DNA of 33,816 nt from Candidatus Cloacimonadota bacterium (GTDB lineage: Bacteria; Cloacimonadota; Cloacimonadia; Cloacimonadales; TCS61): positions 1-33,816 of the forward strand of contig DAOWES010000261.1 in the NCBI GenBank assembly GCA_030638385.1, read 5' to 3'. Positions 1 through 5,912 of the stretch are shown here, piece after piece. The position numbers and the translations under genes are program-made. The stretch's first letter is position 1. Every line of letters begins with the position of its first letter. Below the pieces are notes generated by a model, which saw only the letters and a list, made by a program, of their open reading frames with translations, made no database searches and had not been told where the DNA came from.

Positions 1-141
1 ATCCCGTGTTGATTTTATTTGAGAAAAAAGAAGTCTGATTGAGTTTGCTTTTTCCAGAGGGGTCAAGTCTTCCCGGATTAGATTTTCATGAACTAGATCA
101 ACCATTAAAGTATTATCCTTCTTTCTTGTTTTGATGAATGC
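1..141. repeat. Terminal direct repeat, left copy (identical to 33676..33816)
   Basis: Read end to end: atcccgtgttgattttatttgag...ttcttgttttgatgaatgc occurs at both window ends, 141/141 identical and in the same orientation. This is the signature of a circularly closed or terminally redundant contig. Unique length is 33,675 bp. Confidence 0.95.
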
Positions 142-360
142 CGGAATAGTTTTCTTTTTCATCCGCTTGAAAGCTGCAAGTCTTCTGTGTCCGGCAACAA
201 CAACAAACCCGTCAAGATCTTGTAAAACTGTTATCGGGCTGAGTAGGCCTCTTTCTCGGATGCTCTTTGTTAGGATCTTCAATGGTTCGAGTTCAACTTT
301 CTCCCGAGTCTGATAAGGATTACTTTTTATCTTAGAAATCTGTACCTCTTCAACTTTCAT
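1..360 (-). CDS. parB: ParB/Spo0J-like protein, N-terminal part (gene crosses the circular junction and continues 33675->32863; 390 aa in total)
   Basis: Reverse translation from ATG 360..358 gives MKVEEVQISKIKSNPYQTREKVELEPLKILTKSIRERGLLSPITVLQDLDGFVVVAGHRRLAAFKRMKKKTIPAFIKTRKKDNTL. Through the repeat this is in frame with MVDLVHENL... of ORF 32863..33780. It carries the classic ParB N-terminal boxes, including the arginine patch GHRRLAA. The ATG overlaps the stop of the upstream ORF (ATGA). Confidence 0.85.
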   Translation of the reverse strand, partial: MKVEEVQISKIKSNPYQTREKVELEPLKILTKSIRERGLLSPITVLQDLDGFVVVAGHRRLAAFKRMKKKTIPAFIKTRKKDNTLMVDLVHENLIREDLTPLEKANSIRLLFSQIKSTRD

Positions 361-662
361 TTTTTCTTGCACTCCGGACACCGATATTTTCTTCTTCTAT
401 CTTGATCCCCACATTTAGCGCAACCCGTAACCTCTCCCTTCTTCCCCACAGTATTATAGATCTTGCCGCATCCTTCTTTCACCTTATCCACCATAATTTT
501 CTCTACGTTTTCAAATTCTTCGAATGGCTTAATGGTCCCACAGATAGGACATTTTATAAGTTGCTTCTTTGCAGTATATCCACATTTATTTTTTGATTTG
601 GGATGGCAATAATAAGCTCCGGCATCACAAAGATAGGCATTACACTTAGGGCATCGACTCAT
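357..662 (-). CDS. Multi-CxxC zinc-ribbon protein (101 aa)
   Basis: It has CPKC, CPIC, CAKC and CPEC pairs. Start and stop are both in ATGA overlaps with the neighbouring genes (659-662 and 357-360). Confidence 0.65.
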   Translation of the reverse strand: MSRCPKCNAYLCDAGAYYCHPKSKNKCGYTAKKQLIKCPICGTIKPFEEFENVEKIMVDKVKEGCGKIYNTVGKKGEVTGCAKCGDQDRRRKYRCPECKKK

Positions 663-916
663 CTTTGGTCCAACCTGTTAAACAAATTTAGATAATAGAT
701 TCCGATGTTGGTTAGGCTCACAAGATAATCTCTGCCTTTCTTTTCGCTCTTGATCAGGAAAGCATCTTTCAGTTTTTTGTGGGTCTTAGATTTTGTTTGA
801 CGGTCCTTGTTTATACTTGTGAGGCCCATCTGTTTTGCGATCTCGCTGAGTAAGATTTCTTTCTTTCCGATCGCTTGAACAAACGATTTGATGTGTGGGT
901 TTATTATTTTTTCCAT
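659..916 (-). CDS. Winged-helix DNA-binding protein (about 85 aa from ATG 916)
   Basis: MEKIINPHIKSFVQAIGKKEILLSEIAKQMGLTS...YLVSLTNIGIYYL has an HTH-plus-wing pattern. The longer track reading (to 937) starts at TTG, so ATG 916 is preferred. Confidence 0.5.
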   Translation of the reverse strand: MEKIINPHIKSFVQAIGKKEILLSEIAKQMGLTSINKDRQTKSKTHKKLKDAFLIKSEKKGRDYLVSLTNIGIYYLNLFNRLDQR

Positions 917-1202
917 GTTGAGTTTAATGAGGATCAACGTCGTCGCCTTATGATCACTGGTATCACCTCAGTTCGGAGCGTTAAAAGGGAAATGAAGCCC
1001 TTGGTCCTCCTTGCGGATTGGACACTCCTATGCACATCCCCGGATTCGAACCGGTATCTCGAACTAGTTTTCGGTGTAGCGATTTCACTTGATGGAGATT
1101 ATATCCAACCCCACTAGTATCTATGTCCCAATAGTTTTTCCTGTGCAATCAATGAGGGGGAGGTACTCCGGGGAGCCCTATTCAGCCTCGATGATTATGA
1201 TG
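917..1202 (-). ncRNA. G+C-rich untranslated island C (candidate structured RNA, cos site or att remnant)
   Basis: These 286 nt have no ORF above about 18 codons on the coding strand and are visibly richer in G+C than the flanks. They contain a tRNA-like T-arm, two ACTAGT palindromes (1063-1068, 1113-1118), orphan SD-like strings (AAGGAGG, GAGGTGAT) and an AAGGG/CCCTT hairpin followed by TTTT. Confidence 0.35.
1031..1060 (-). other. tRNA-like 3' fragment (T-arm plus acceptor-like tail), not a complete tRNA
   Basis: The minus strand reads GATACCGGTTCGAATCCGGGGATGTGCA, i.e. CCGG-TTCGAAT-CCGG with a canonical T-loop followed by a 7-nt acceptor-like strand. No complementary 5' acceptor strand (GCACATC), D-arm or anticodon arm lies within 150 nt upstream. 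Confidence 0.45.
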
Positions 1203-1646
1203 TTATTTTCTATGCCACGGATGATAAGTCACCAACTGATGATGTTTATTGCATAGTGGTCGGCAGTTGAGGATCGTGTATGCGCCTCCCTGAGTTGCAG
1301 GGATCAGTCTGTGAATCTCCACATTCTCATCTTCGCAATTAGGTTGGAAGCATTCGTTTCCCCAAACTTCTAAAATTTGCTTTCTTAATTTTGCAGAGCA
1401 TTTCATTGGCCCTTTTTCTATGAATGGAATCTTCAAAACATATCCTTGCTTAACAAACGTATCGAATATTTCCAGGAGATGTTTGCAAGGGACTGCATAA
1501 TATTTTATTCCTGAAACATTTCCAATTTTCTTTCGGCAGTACATCTCGAAGCTCTTGCAAGTGCAATGAAGTTTGATAATCTTCTTTGCCCCATCATCTA
1601 CTTTGATGAAACCTTCATATTTATTCTTTAGCCAGAGAGTTCTCAT
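1203..1646 (-). CDS. SWIM zinc finger - HNH endonuclease
   Basis: A CxCx(n)CxH SWIM pattern (HCTCKSF...PCKHL) is followed by an HNH core (EIHRLIP...NCRPLCNKHHQLV). Confidence 0.8.
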   Translation of the reverse strand: MRTLWLKNKYEGFIKVDDGAKKIIKLHCTCKSFEMYCRKKIGNVSGIKYYAVPCKHLLEIFDTFVKQGYVLKIPFIEKGPMKCSAKLRKQILEVWGNECFQPNCEDENVEIHRLIPATQGGAYTILNCRPLCNKHHQLVTYHPWHRK

Positions 1647-2032
1647 TTGATCAACTCCGGATTTTCATAGATATTGCCGACTACTTCACATTTCGTTACT
1701 CCATCGATATGAAGAATATTTTTTAATCCAGCCTTCCAAATTTTATCTTGCCTCAAATATAACCGCAGGCCATAAGTTTCAACTTCAATAAGTGCAATTT
1801 CTTCTTCCCCTTTCTCTCCGAAGCTGTCTTGCCACCTTCTTATATATTTTATAATATCCCCTTCATAGATTTCTTTTCCATTTTTATCTTTGAGTCCTGT
1901 GAATTGCAAAAATATAAAATTACTTTTTGTCATCAACATCCCAATAGGCATACATTTGCTTTCCATCAACTCCTCCGGAGACATCATCTTTTTATTCCAC
2001 TCCGTCCAAACTCTGAACTTAATTTCTCTCAT
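1643..2032 (-). CDS. yopX: YopX-family protein
   Basis: MREIKFRVW...FTGLKDKNGKEIYEGDII...VVGNIYENPELI matches the YopX family signature end to end. Confidence 0.8.
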   Translation of the reverse strand: MREIKFRVWTEWNKKMMSPEELMESKCMPIGMLMTKSNFIFLQFTGLKDKNGKEIYEGDIIKYIRRWQDSFGEKGEEEIALIEVETYGLRLYLRQDKIWKAGLKNILHIDGVTKCEVVGNIYENPELIK

Positions 2033-2264
2033 ATTTTTTTGGATGGCAGATCTCTAACTTAGGGCAATCTCTGCAAGACTTTTGTTTCTTGCATTGGTCC
2101 ATGATTTCTCTTTCCTTCGTAACGTCATGAATCTTCCAGGACATTTTATCTCCGCCGCTTAATTTATTTGAATGGACATCTGTATATATCTCTGGAAGCA
2201 TATTTGGAAGTTGATCAAACAAATCTTCAATGTTCTCTGCATCGATTGTGAATCTAATCGTCAT
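2019..2264 (-). CDS. Hypothetical protein (81 aa, Cys-rich C-terminus)
   Basis: The ORF overlaps its neighbours by a few nt in the same-strand gene train. The C-terminus reads CKKQKSCRDCPKLEICH. Confidence 0.5.
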   Translation of the reverse strand: MTIRFTIDAENIEDLFDQLPNMLPEIYTDVHSNKLSGGDKMSWKIHDVTKEREIMDQCKKQKSCRDCPKLEICHPKKYERN

Positions 2265-2796
2265 GTTTAAGTTCCTCCGCCATTGCTACTCCAATATTAA
2301 CAAAGTCTCTCAGTGCCCGGCCTTTTGCTCGAGTGTGGGCCATTTCGACAGGATGCGATTGAGTCATCTTTCCAGTGTTTGCCGGACTTGAAGATCCAAA
2401 ACCATCGAAGACTTGATTCATTTTTGAAGTTAATCGAACCTTGCACCATGCCATTGTCATTTCCGGATTTACGAAAGACTCAGTAATTTCCATTGAGAAG
2501 TTTGGATCCTTTTCGTGGGCCAACGCTAATAATCCTTTGTAGAGCATGTGATCCTTTCCTGAGATTTTTACGATGTCTGATTCGGGTTGGATCTCTGCCT
2601 TCTTAATCAACTTCAACATCTTAACGGCACCATTGACAACTGTGAATGAAATCTCATTTCCTTTCTTAATAACCAATAAGTTATGTCCCTCACAATCATA
2701 CAAATTATAAAAGGTCTGTCCAATTTTGAAACTTAAATTCATCTTTCCGTTGTAGATTGCCGGTTTATCTGCGGCCCATGCAATTATTCCTTTCAT
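2254..2796 (-). CDS. Putative Rad52-like single-strand annealing protein
   Basis: AWCKVRLTSKMNQVFDGFGSSS...VEMAHTRAKGRALRDFVNIG resembles the Rad52/Sak core (beta-hairpin, then ...TDxLKRALRxFGN...). A GGAGAA SD lies upstream. Confidence 0.45.
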   Translation of the reverse strand: MKGIIAWAADKPAIYNGKMNLSFKIGQTFYNLYDCEGHNLLVIKKGNEISFTVVNGAVKMLKLIKKAEIQPESDIVKISGKDHMLYKGLLALAHEKDPNFSMEITESFVNPEMTMAWCKVRLTSKMNQVFDGFGSSSPANTGKMTQSHPVEMAHTRAKGRALRDFVNIGVAMAEELKHDD

Positions 2797-3002
2797 TGGG
2801 TTTTCTCCAAACTTAAAATTTTATTAAGATCCCATTTCTTAGTTTGGGGATTCATATCAAACACTTGGCCGTTATCGACTTTTCTGAATACTCCGTAGAT
2901 TCCCAAGTATGTGACTCCATCAACCTCAGTCCGTTGGATTGGATCGTTATTGTGTTTGAAGATCTCTTTCCATTCTGCAAGGGTTGGGGCATTTTCACTC
3001 AT
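2793..3002 (-). CDS. Hypothetical protein (69 aa)
   Basis: AGGAGG lies 8 nt upstream of the ATG. The ORF overlaps both neighbours by 4 nt. Confidence 0.55.
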   Translation of the reverse strand: MSENAPTLAEWKEIFKHNNDPIQRTEVDGVTYLGIYGVFRKVDNGQVFDMNPQTKKWDLNKILSLEKTQ

Positions 3003-3277
3003 AAGAAAGCCTCCTTGAATTCTTCTTGTCTTTCATCACGAGCTGCAGAAATCTTCTCAGTTGGTTTGAAAAGTCCCAAAGTATTTTGGATGTGTTGTCG
3101 GCTTCGTCTGATTGATTCGAAGCTTGGCATCTCCTTTATTTTTGAATAGTCTACCCAGATTTTGAATCCCATGCTTCTTAAAACTTCGATGATTAATCGA
3201 GTGTCGCAATCTCGAGTCTTTGGATCATTCTCCAGGACGTTCTTCACGATTTGTTTTGTTGTTGTTAGTTTTTCCAT
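2999..3277 (-). CDS. Hypothetical protein (92 aa)
   Basis: ORF within the coupled gene train. No motif recognised. Confidence 0.55.
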   Translation of the reverse strand: MEKLTTTKQIVKNVLENDPKTRDCDTRLIIEVLRSMGFKIWVDYSKIKEMPSFESIRRSRQHIQNTLGLFKPTEKISAARDERQEEFKEAFL

Positions 3278-3278
3278 T

Positions 3279-3431
3279 TTAATATGATATCCTTGTACCT
3301 TTAGTTTGACTAACCAGGACCCTTGTTGAAACCATCTTAGTTACGTGGGTGAGGATCTCAATCTTGTGCAGCTTGTTCTTGCAACCCTTCAAAATCTTCA
3401 ATATCTCCCGAGCCCTTTGTTCATCATCCAT
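3279..3431 (-). CDS. Micro-ORF, 50 aa (not in the ORF track)
   Basis: MDDEQRAREILKILKGCKNKLHKIEILTHVTKMVSTRVLVSQTKGTRISY. The ATG shares one nt with the upstream stop (TGATG) and the stop lies 1 nt before the next ATG. Confidence 0.4.
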   Translation of the reverse strand: MDDEQRAREILKILKGCKNKLHKIEILTHVTKMVSTRVLVSQTKGTRISY

Positions 3432-3604
3432 CAGATTAACTCCTCCGCATCGTGTCCAATATCTTCAAGAATAACTTCTGCAATGTGTCTATCTCCTTCA
3501 CTAAAAAAATCACCTTGAATTGCATTTTCTATTGCCGACTGGATAATATCAATCTGAAATCCTGAAAGTTTAATTCCATAAACTGAATTCTTTTTGGTTT
3601 CCAT
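3431..3604 (-). CDS. Micro-ORF, 57 aa, acidic (not in the ORF track)
   Basis: METKKNSVYGIKLSGFQIDIIQSAIENAIQGDFFSEGDRHIAEVILEDIGHDAEELI. The ATG is in an ATGA overlap with the stop of ORF 3604..3915. Confidence 0.45.
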   Translation of the reverse strand: METKKNSVYGIKLSGFQIDIIQSAIENAIQGDFFSEGDRHIAEVILEDIGHDAEELI

Positions 3605-3915
3605 CACATGAACCTCGCTTTCAAATTTCTTTTAATTAGTTTGATACTTCGATTTGCATAAGCCCAATCGATTAATTTCCTTCCATAGAATTTCATTGTC
3701 TTGATCAAAACTTTCGGCTCGATTCCGACAAGCGCACAACCTCCAAAGATTGCGAACCAGGATCCTGTTGGTGCAAGAAGTGTGATCACTCCATATCCAA
3801 TCAAAGGATATCCAATCACCTTTCTCATGAATGTTATTGGTTTGTAAGTCTCAACACCCTCGAGGAATTTAATCCTTGAGATCAATTGTTTTCGTGTAAG
3901 CTTTCTTGTTTGCAT
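3604..3915 (-). CDS. Small membrane protein (two predicted TM helices)
   Basis: Hydrophobic stretch GYPLIGYGVITLLAPTGSWFAIFGGCALVGI. A class E promoter lies exactly 21 nt upstream of the ATG. Confidence 0.6.
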   Translation of the reverse strand: MQTRKLTRKQLISRIKFLEGVETYKPITFMRKVIGYPLIGYGVITLLAPTGSWFAIFGGCALVGIEPKVLIKTMKFYGRKLIDWAYANRSIKLIKRNLKARFM

Positions 3916-3936
3916 AATTATACTAGAAAAAGATAC

Positions 3937-3949
3937 TATTTAAATGTTT
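3937..3949 (-). promoter_or_regulatory. Class E TATA-like promoter (coding strand AAACATTTAAATA)
   Basis: TTTAAATA is followed by 21 nt and then ATG 3915, with no SD. Confidence 0.6.
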
Positions 3950-3955
3950 TGGTTG

Positions 3956-3972
3956 GTGTCTTTTTTAGACAC
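3956..3972 (-). other. Perfect 6-bp hairpin GTGTCT-AAAAA-AGACAC
   Basis: It sits between the stop of a 39-codon ORF and the class E promoter. It may be an RNA 3'-end or stability element. Confidence 0.3.
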
Positions 3973-3978
3973 AAACAT

Positions 3979-4098
3979 TTATCTGATCGGAGTTGCTTTC
4001 CCTTCGATGATTAGATCTATTTTGTTATTTGTCCAATCCCTGAAGATCCCTGCCTTTCTTGGGGAGATTCCGGCTTCTCTTAATTCATGATATTTCAT
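3979..4098 (-). CDS. Possible micro-ORF, 39 aa
   Basis: MKYHELREAGISPRKAGIFRDWTNNKIDLIIEGKATPIR. This is the only open frame in the 3916-4136 gap, and no SD was seen. Confidence 0.25.
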   Translation of the reverse strand: MKYHELREAGISPRKAGIFRDWTNNKIDLIIEGKATPIR

Positions 4099-4136
4099 CT
4101 TTCTTTCGAATTTTTGTTCAATTGTATTGTGTGGCC

Positions 4137-4571
4137 TCATTTGGATTTTTCATTGATCTCGAAAACCTTAATCCCAAGATCAGTAATTTGATAATATTTA
4201 TGACGGCTGTCTTTGATCTCTTGGCCGTTTTCTAATGTGTCTGGTTCTTTGTAGTATGCAAATAAATTGTTGACTGTTGTTCCAGGGATTATTTTAAGCT
4301 CTCGGATCCATCCATTGTTTTTTGCTCGGGCCATGAATCGACTTACGCAATTGATCCCTTGGATGTTGCATAATTTTTTTAGATCTGAAGGGGAGAAGGC
4401 CCGAATGTTAAGCGCCATGACTTGAAGAATATTGATTTGATTGATTGAAAGTTTGAAATCTTGTTTGATTTTTACGACAGGATTAAGGTTGAGGTCTAGT
4501 TGTTGGGGGGTGGTGTGTATCTCCTCAAGGGTGGTGGTGGTTAGTATTTTTTTATCTGATTTGTTTTGCAT
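4137..4571 (-). CDS. Winged-helix transcription regulator (about 144 aa from ATG 4571)
   Basis: The C-terminal half has an HTH-plus-wing pattern (FSPSDLKKLCNIQGINCVSRFMARAKNNGWIRE...HKYYQITDLGIKVF). The track start at 4622 is a GTG placed directly against AGGA, so the ATG at 4571 is preferred. The start remains uncertain. Confidence 0.5.
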   Translation of the reverse strand: MQNKSDKKILTTTTLEEIHTTPQQLDLNLNPVVKIKQDFKLSINQINILQVMALNIRAFSPSDLKKLCNIQGINCVSRFMARAKNNGWIRELKIIPGTTVNNLFAYYKEPDTLENGQEIKDSRHKYYQITDLGIKVFEINEKSK

Positions 4572-4795
4572 GGTGTGGATTTTTTTGGACTCTTTTTTAT
4601 TTTTCTCTTTTATTTTTTGCACTCCTGACTAATAATTCCTTCAGCTCCGTCCTTGAGATGCAGCACCTTAGACTACCAGACTTCGCCTGACTTACAATCG
4701 TAAAGAAAAATTAATAACCACCACCACGCCCTTTTTTTAATTTGAGTTTCCTCGTCGGCGTAATAGATTTTTGTTGTTAACAATTATCCGTTACG
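4572..4795 (-). promoter_or_regulatory. Long untranslated leader of the regulator gene (island A, proximal part)
   Basis: The predicted start is about 21 nt after the TATA at 4817-4824. There is no ATG at that point and no ORF. The leader contains GGGCGTGGTGGTGGTTA, GTCAGG twice, and ends in GTCAGGAGT. Confidence 0.4.
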
Positions 4796-4816
4796 AAGAA
4801 TCTTAGAGAATTAGAT

Positions 4817-4829
4817 TATTTAAATGTTT
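4817..4829 (-). promoter_or_regulatory. Class E TATA-like promoter with no ORF at +1
   Basis: AAACATTTAAATA is present, but the sequence 21 nt downstream is CGTAACGG, not ATG. Confidence 0.5.
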
Positions 4830-4832
4830 CTT

Positions 4833-4970
4833 AAAAAATGGGAAAAGAGGTGTGTAACAGATAATTGACCGAAGTAAAAAATCATCACCTCTTCCGGGCT
4901 CTCATGCAAACAAGATTATTTCCGAAGAAATGTGCCCTAAACTTTCAGGAGGTTAAACAACTGATCATCT
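4833..4970 (-). ncRNA. Candidate ORF-less transcript of about 140 nt (island A, distal part)
   Basis: It has its own class E promoter (4992-5004). The longest ATG-initiated frame I found is about 21 codons. It has an ATTTC-UUCG-GAAAT hairpin (4918-4931). It also has an 8-10 bp stem, GGAAGAGGTG (4886-4895) with CACCTCTTTTCC (4841-4852), followed by T6 (4833-4838). Confidence 0.45.
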
Positions 4971-4991
4971 GATTATTACTAGAAGACTATG

Positions 4992-5004
4992 TATTTAAAT
5001 GTTT
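4992..5004 (-). promoter_or_regulatory. Class E TATA-like promoter driving the ORF-less transcript
   Basis: AAACATTTAAATACATAGTC. At +1 the sequence is AGATGATCAG, followed only by a 7-codon frame. Confidence 0.5.
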
Positions 5005-5017
5005 TCTTTGATCAGAA

Positions 5018-5389
5018 TTATGCTGTAGGTTCTGGAACTGGATCCTTATTCTCTTCTTCCGTAGGAGCTTGCACATTACCTTCAAGTAATTCATAAACAG
5101 GCCCAACAACATGAGTACCATAACAAGCTCCGACCTGTTCTTTGATTAAGGAAATCTCTTCTGCAGTAACTTCAACAATTCCGCCAACATTAATTTTTTT
5201 AGCAAGGTTGAATTTCTTAAATTTATCTCGGCCAGTTTCTTGTGGCGCATTTTGAGGCTTGGGAATATTAGCCATTATAGCATTCACACAGACACCATTC
5301 AAAATGGAATTAACATTTTTCCCGTCGATAGTTTCCTGTATGGGCTTACCTCCCAGATTAAGGATCTCTGAATCAAAATTGATTTTCAT
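5018..5389 (-). CDS. Hypothetical protein (123 aa)
   Basis: A class E promoter lies 21 nt upstream of the ATG. No motif recognised. Confidence 0.6.
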   Translation of the reverse strand: MKINFDSEILNLGGKPIQETIDGKNVNSILNGVCVNAIMANIPKPQNAPQETGRDKFKKFNLAKKINVGGIVEVTAEEISLIKEQVGACYGTHVVGPVYELLEGNVQAPTEEENKDPVPEPTA

Positions 5390-5410
5390 AATATTTCTTA
5401 GAGGACTATG

Positions 5411-5423
5411 TATTTAAATGTTT
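5411..5423 (-). promoter_or_regulatory. Class E TATA-like promoter
   Basis: AAACATTTAAATACATAGTC, then 21 nt, then ATG 5389. It overlaps the stop codon of ORF 5414..5638. Confidence 0.6.
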
Positions 5424-5638
5424 TGCCGATCTAAAATATTTTCAATTTGAAATCTTAAATCTTCCAAGACTACAACATCATCAAGAAAGTCTCGGAGCAT
5501 CCATCTTACTGGACAAGCAATATCAAAGGAACAATCTCCTTCTAAATATTCTCCGCAGACCAAATGATATTGACATTCCAATTTTCCTAATGGGAAATTA
5601 TCCGTTACATATGTGGGGGTTGGATTATCTTCTGTCAT
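5414..5638 (-). CDS. Hypothetical Cys-rich protein (74 aa)
   Basis: ORF carrying CQYHLVCGEYLEGDCSFDIACP. Confidence 0.5.
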   Translation of the reverse strand: MTEDNPTPTYVTDNFPLGKLECQYHLVCGEYLEGDCSFDIACPVRWMLRDFLDDVVVLEDLRFQIENILDRQNI

Positions 5639-5651
5639 AGTCTACAATTTA

Positions 5652-5903
5652 TTATGAAACTAATTCGTTATCTGCTTGAATGCTTACAGCCTCTTTTGCC
5701 TGGTTAATTTCAAATCTTCTCACTTGTTTTATCATATATCTTTTTAAAGATTCTTTTGCCCATTGGTTATCTGTAAATTCGTTTTCCATTACTGGCTCTT
5801 CTTCTGTTCCAGTATTAATTTGTGGAATTGGATGAAACCATTTCGTTGCATTAATTACTCTTTGTAATTTCTCGTCGGGTATTGTTAGTGTTATTTTTGC
5901 CAT
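5652..5903 (-). CDS. Hypothetical protein (83 aa) downstream of the fibre gene
   Basis: GGAGG lies 5 nt upstream of the ATG. Confidence 0.6.
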   Translation of the reverse strand: MAKITLTIPDEKLQRVINATKWFHPIPQINTGTEEEPVMENEFTDNQWAKESLKRYMIKQVRRFEINQAKEAVSIQADNELVS

Positions 5904-5912
5904 TTTATCCTC

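Noticed and set aside
1-141. The 141-bp repeat as a biological direct terminal repeat
   Set aside because: This cannot be excluded. However, the repeat cuts through the middle of the ParB coding sequence, and its length equals a common maximum assembler k-mer, so an assembly overlap of a circular or permuted genome is the simpler explanation.
1031-1202. A complete (possibly intron-containing) tRNA gene
   Set aside because: Only a T-arm and a 3' acceptor-like strand are present. The required 5' acceptor strand GCACATC is absent. The nearest candidate (GCACAGG, about 115 nt upstream) pairs at only 5 of 7 positions. No D-arm or anticodon arm could be drawn.
917-1202. Integrated prophage or attP with integrase
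   Set aside because: No tyrosine or serine recombinase is encoded anywhere in the complete genome. The tRNA-like fragment alone does not establish integration.
4875-4895. C/D-box sRNA (GTGATGA resembles a C box), and hammerhead or other small ribozyme cores in the islands
   Set aside because: No correctly spaced D box (CUGA) with terminal pairing was found. No CUGANGA...GAAA hammerhead core or other ribozyme signature could be assembled.
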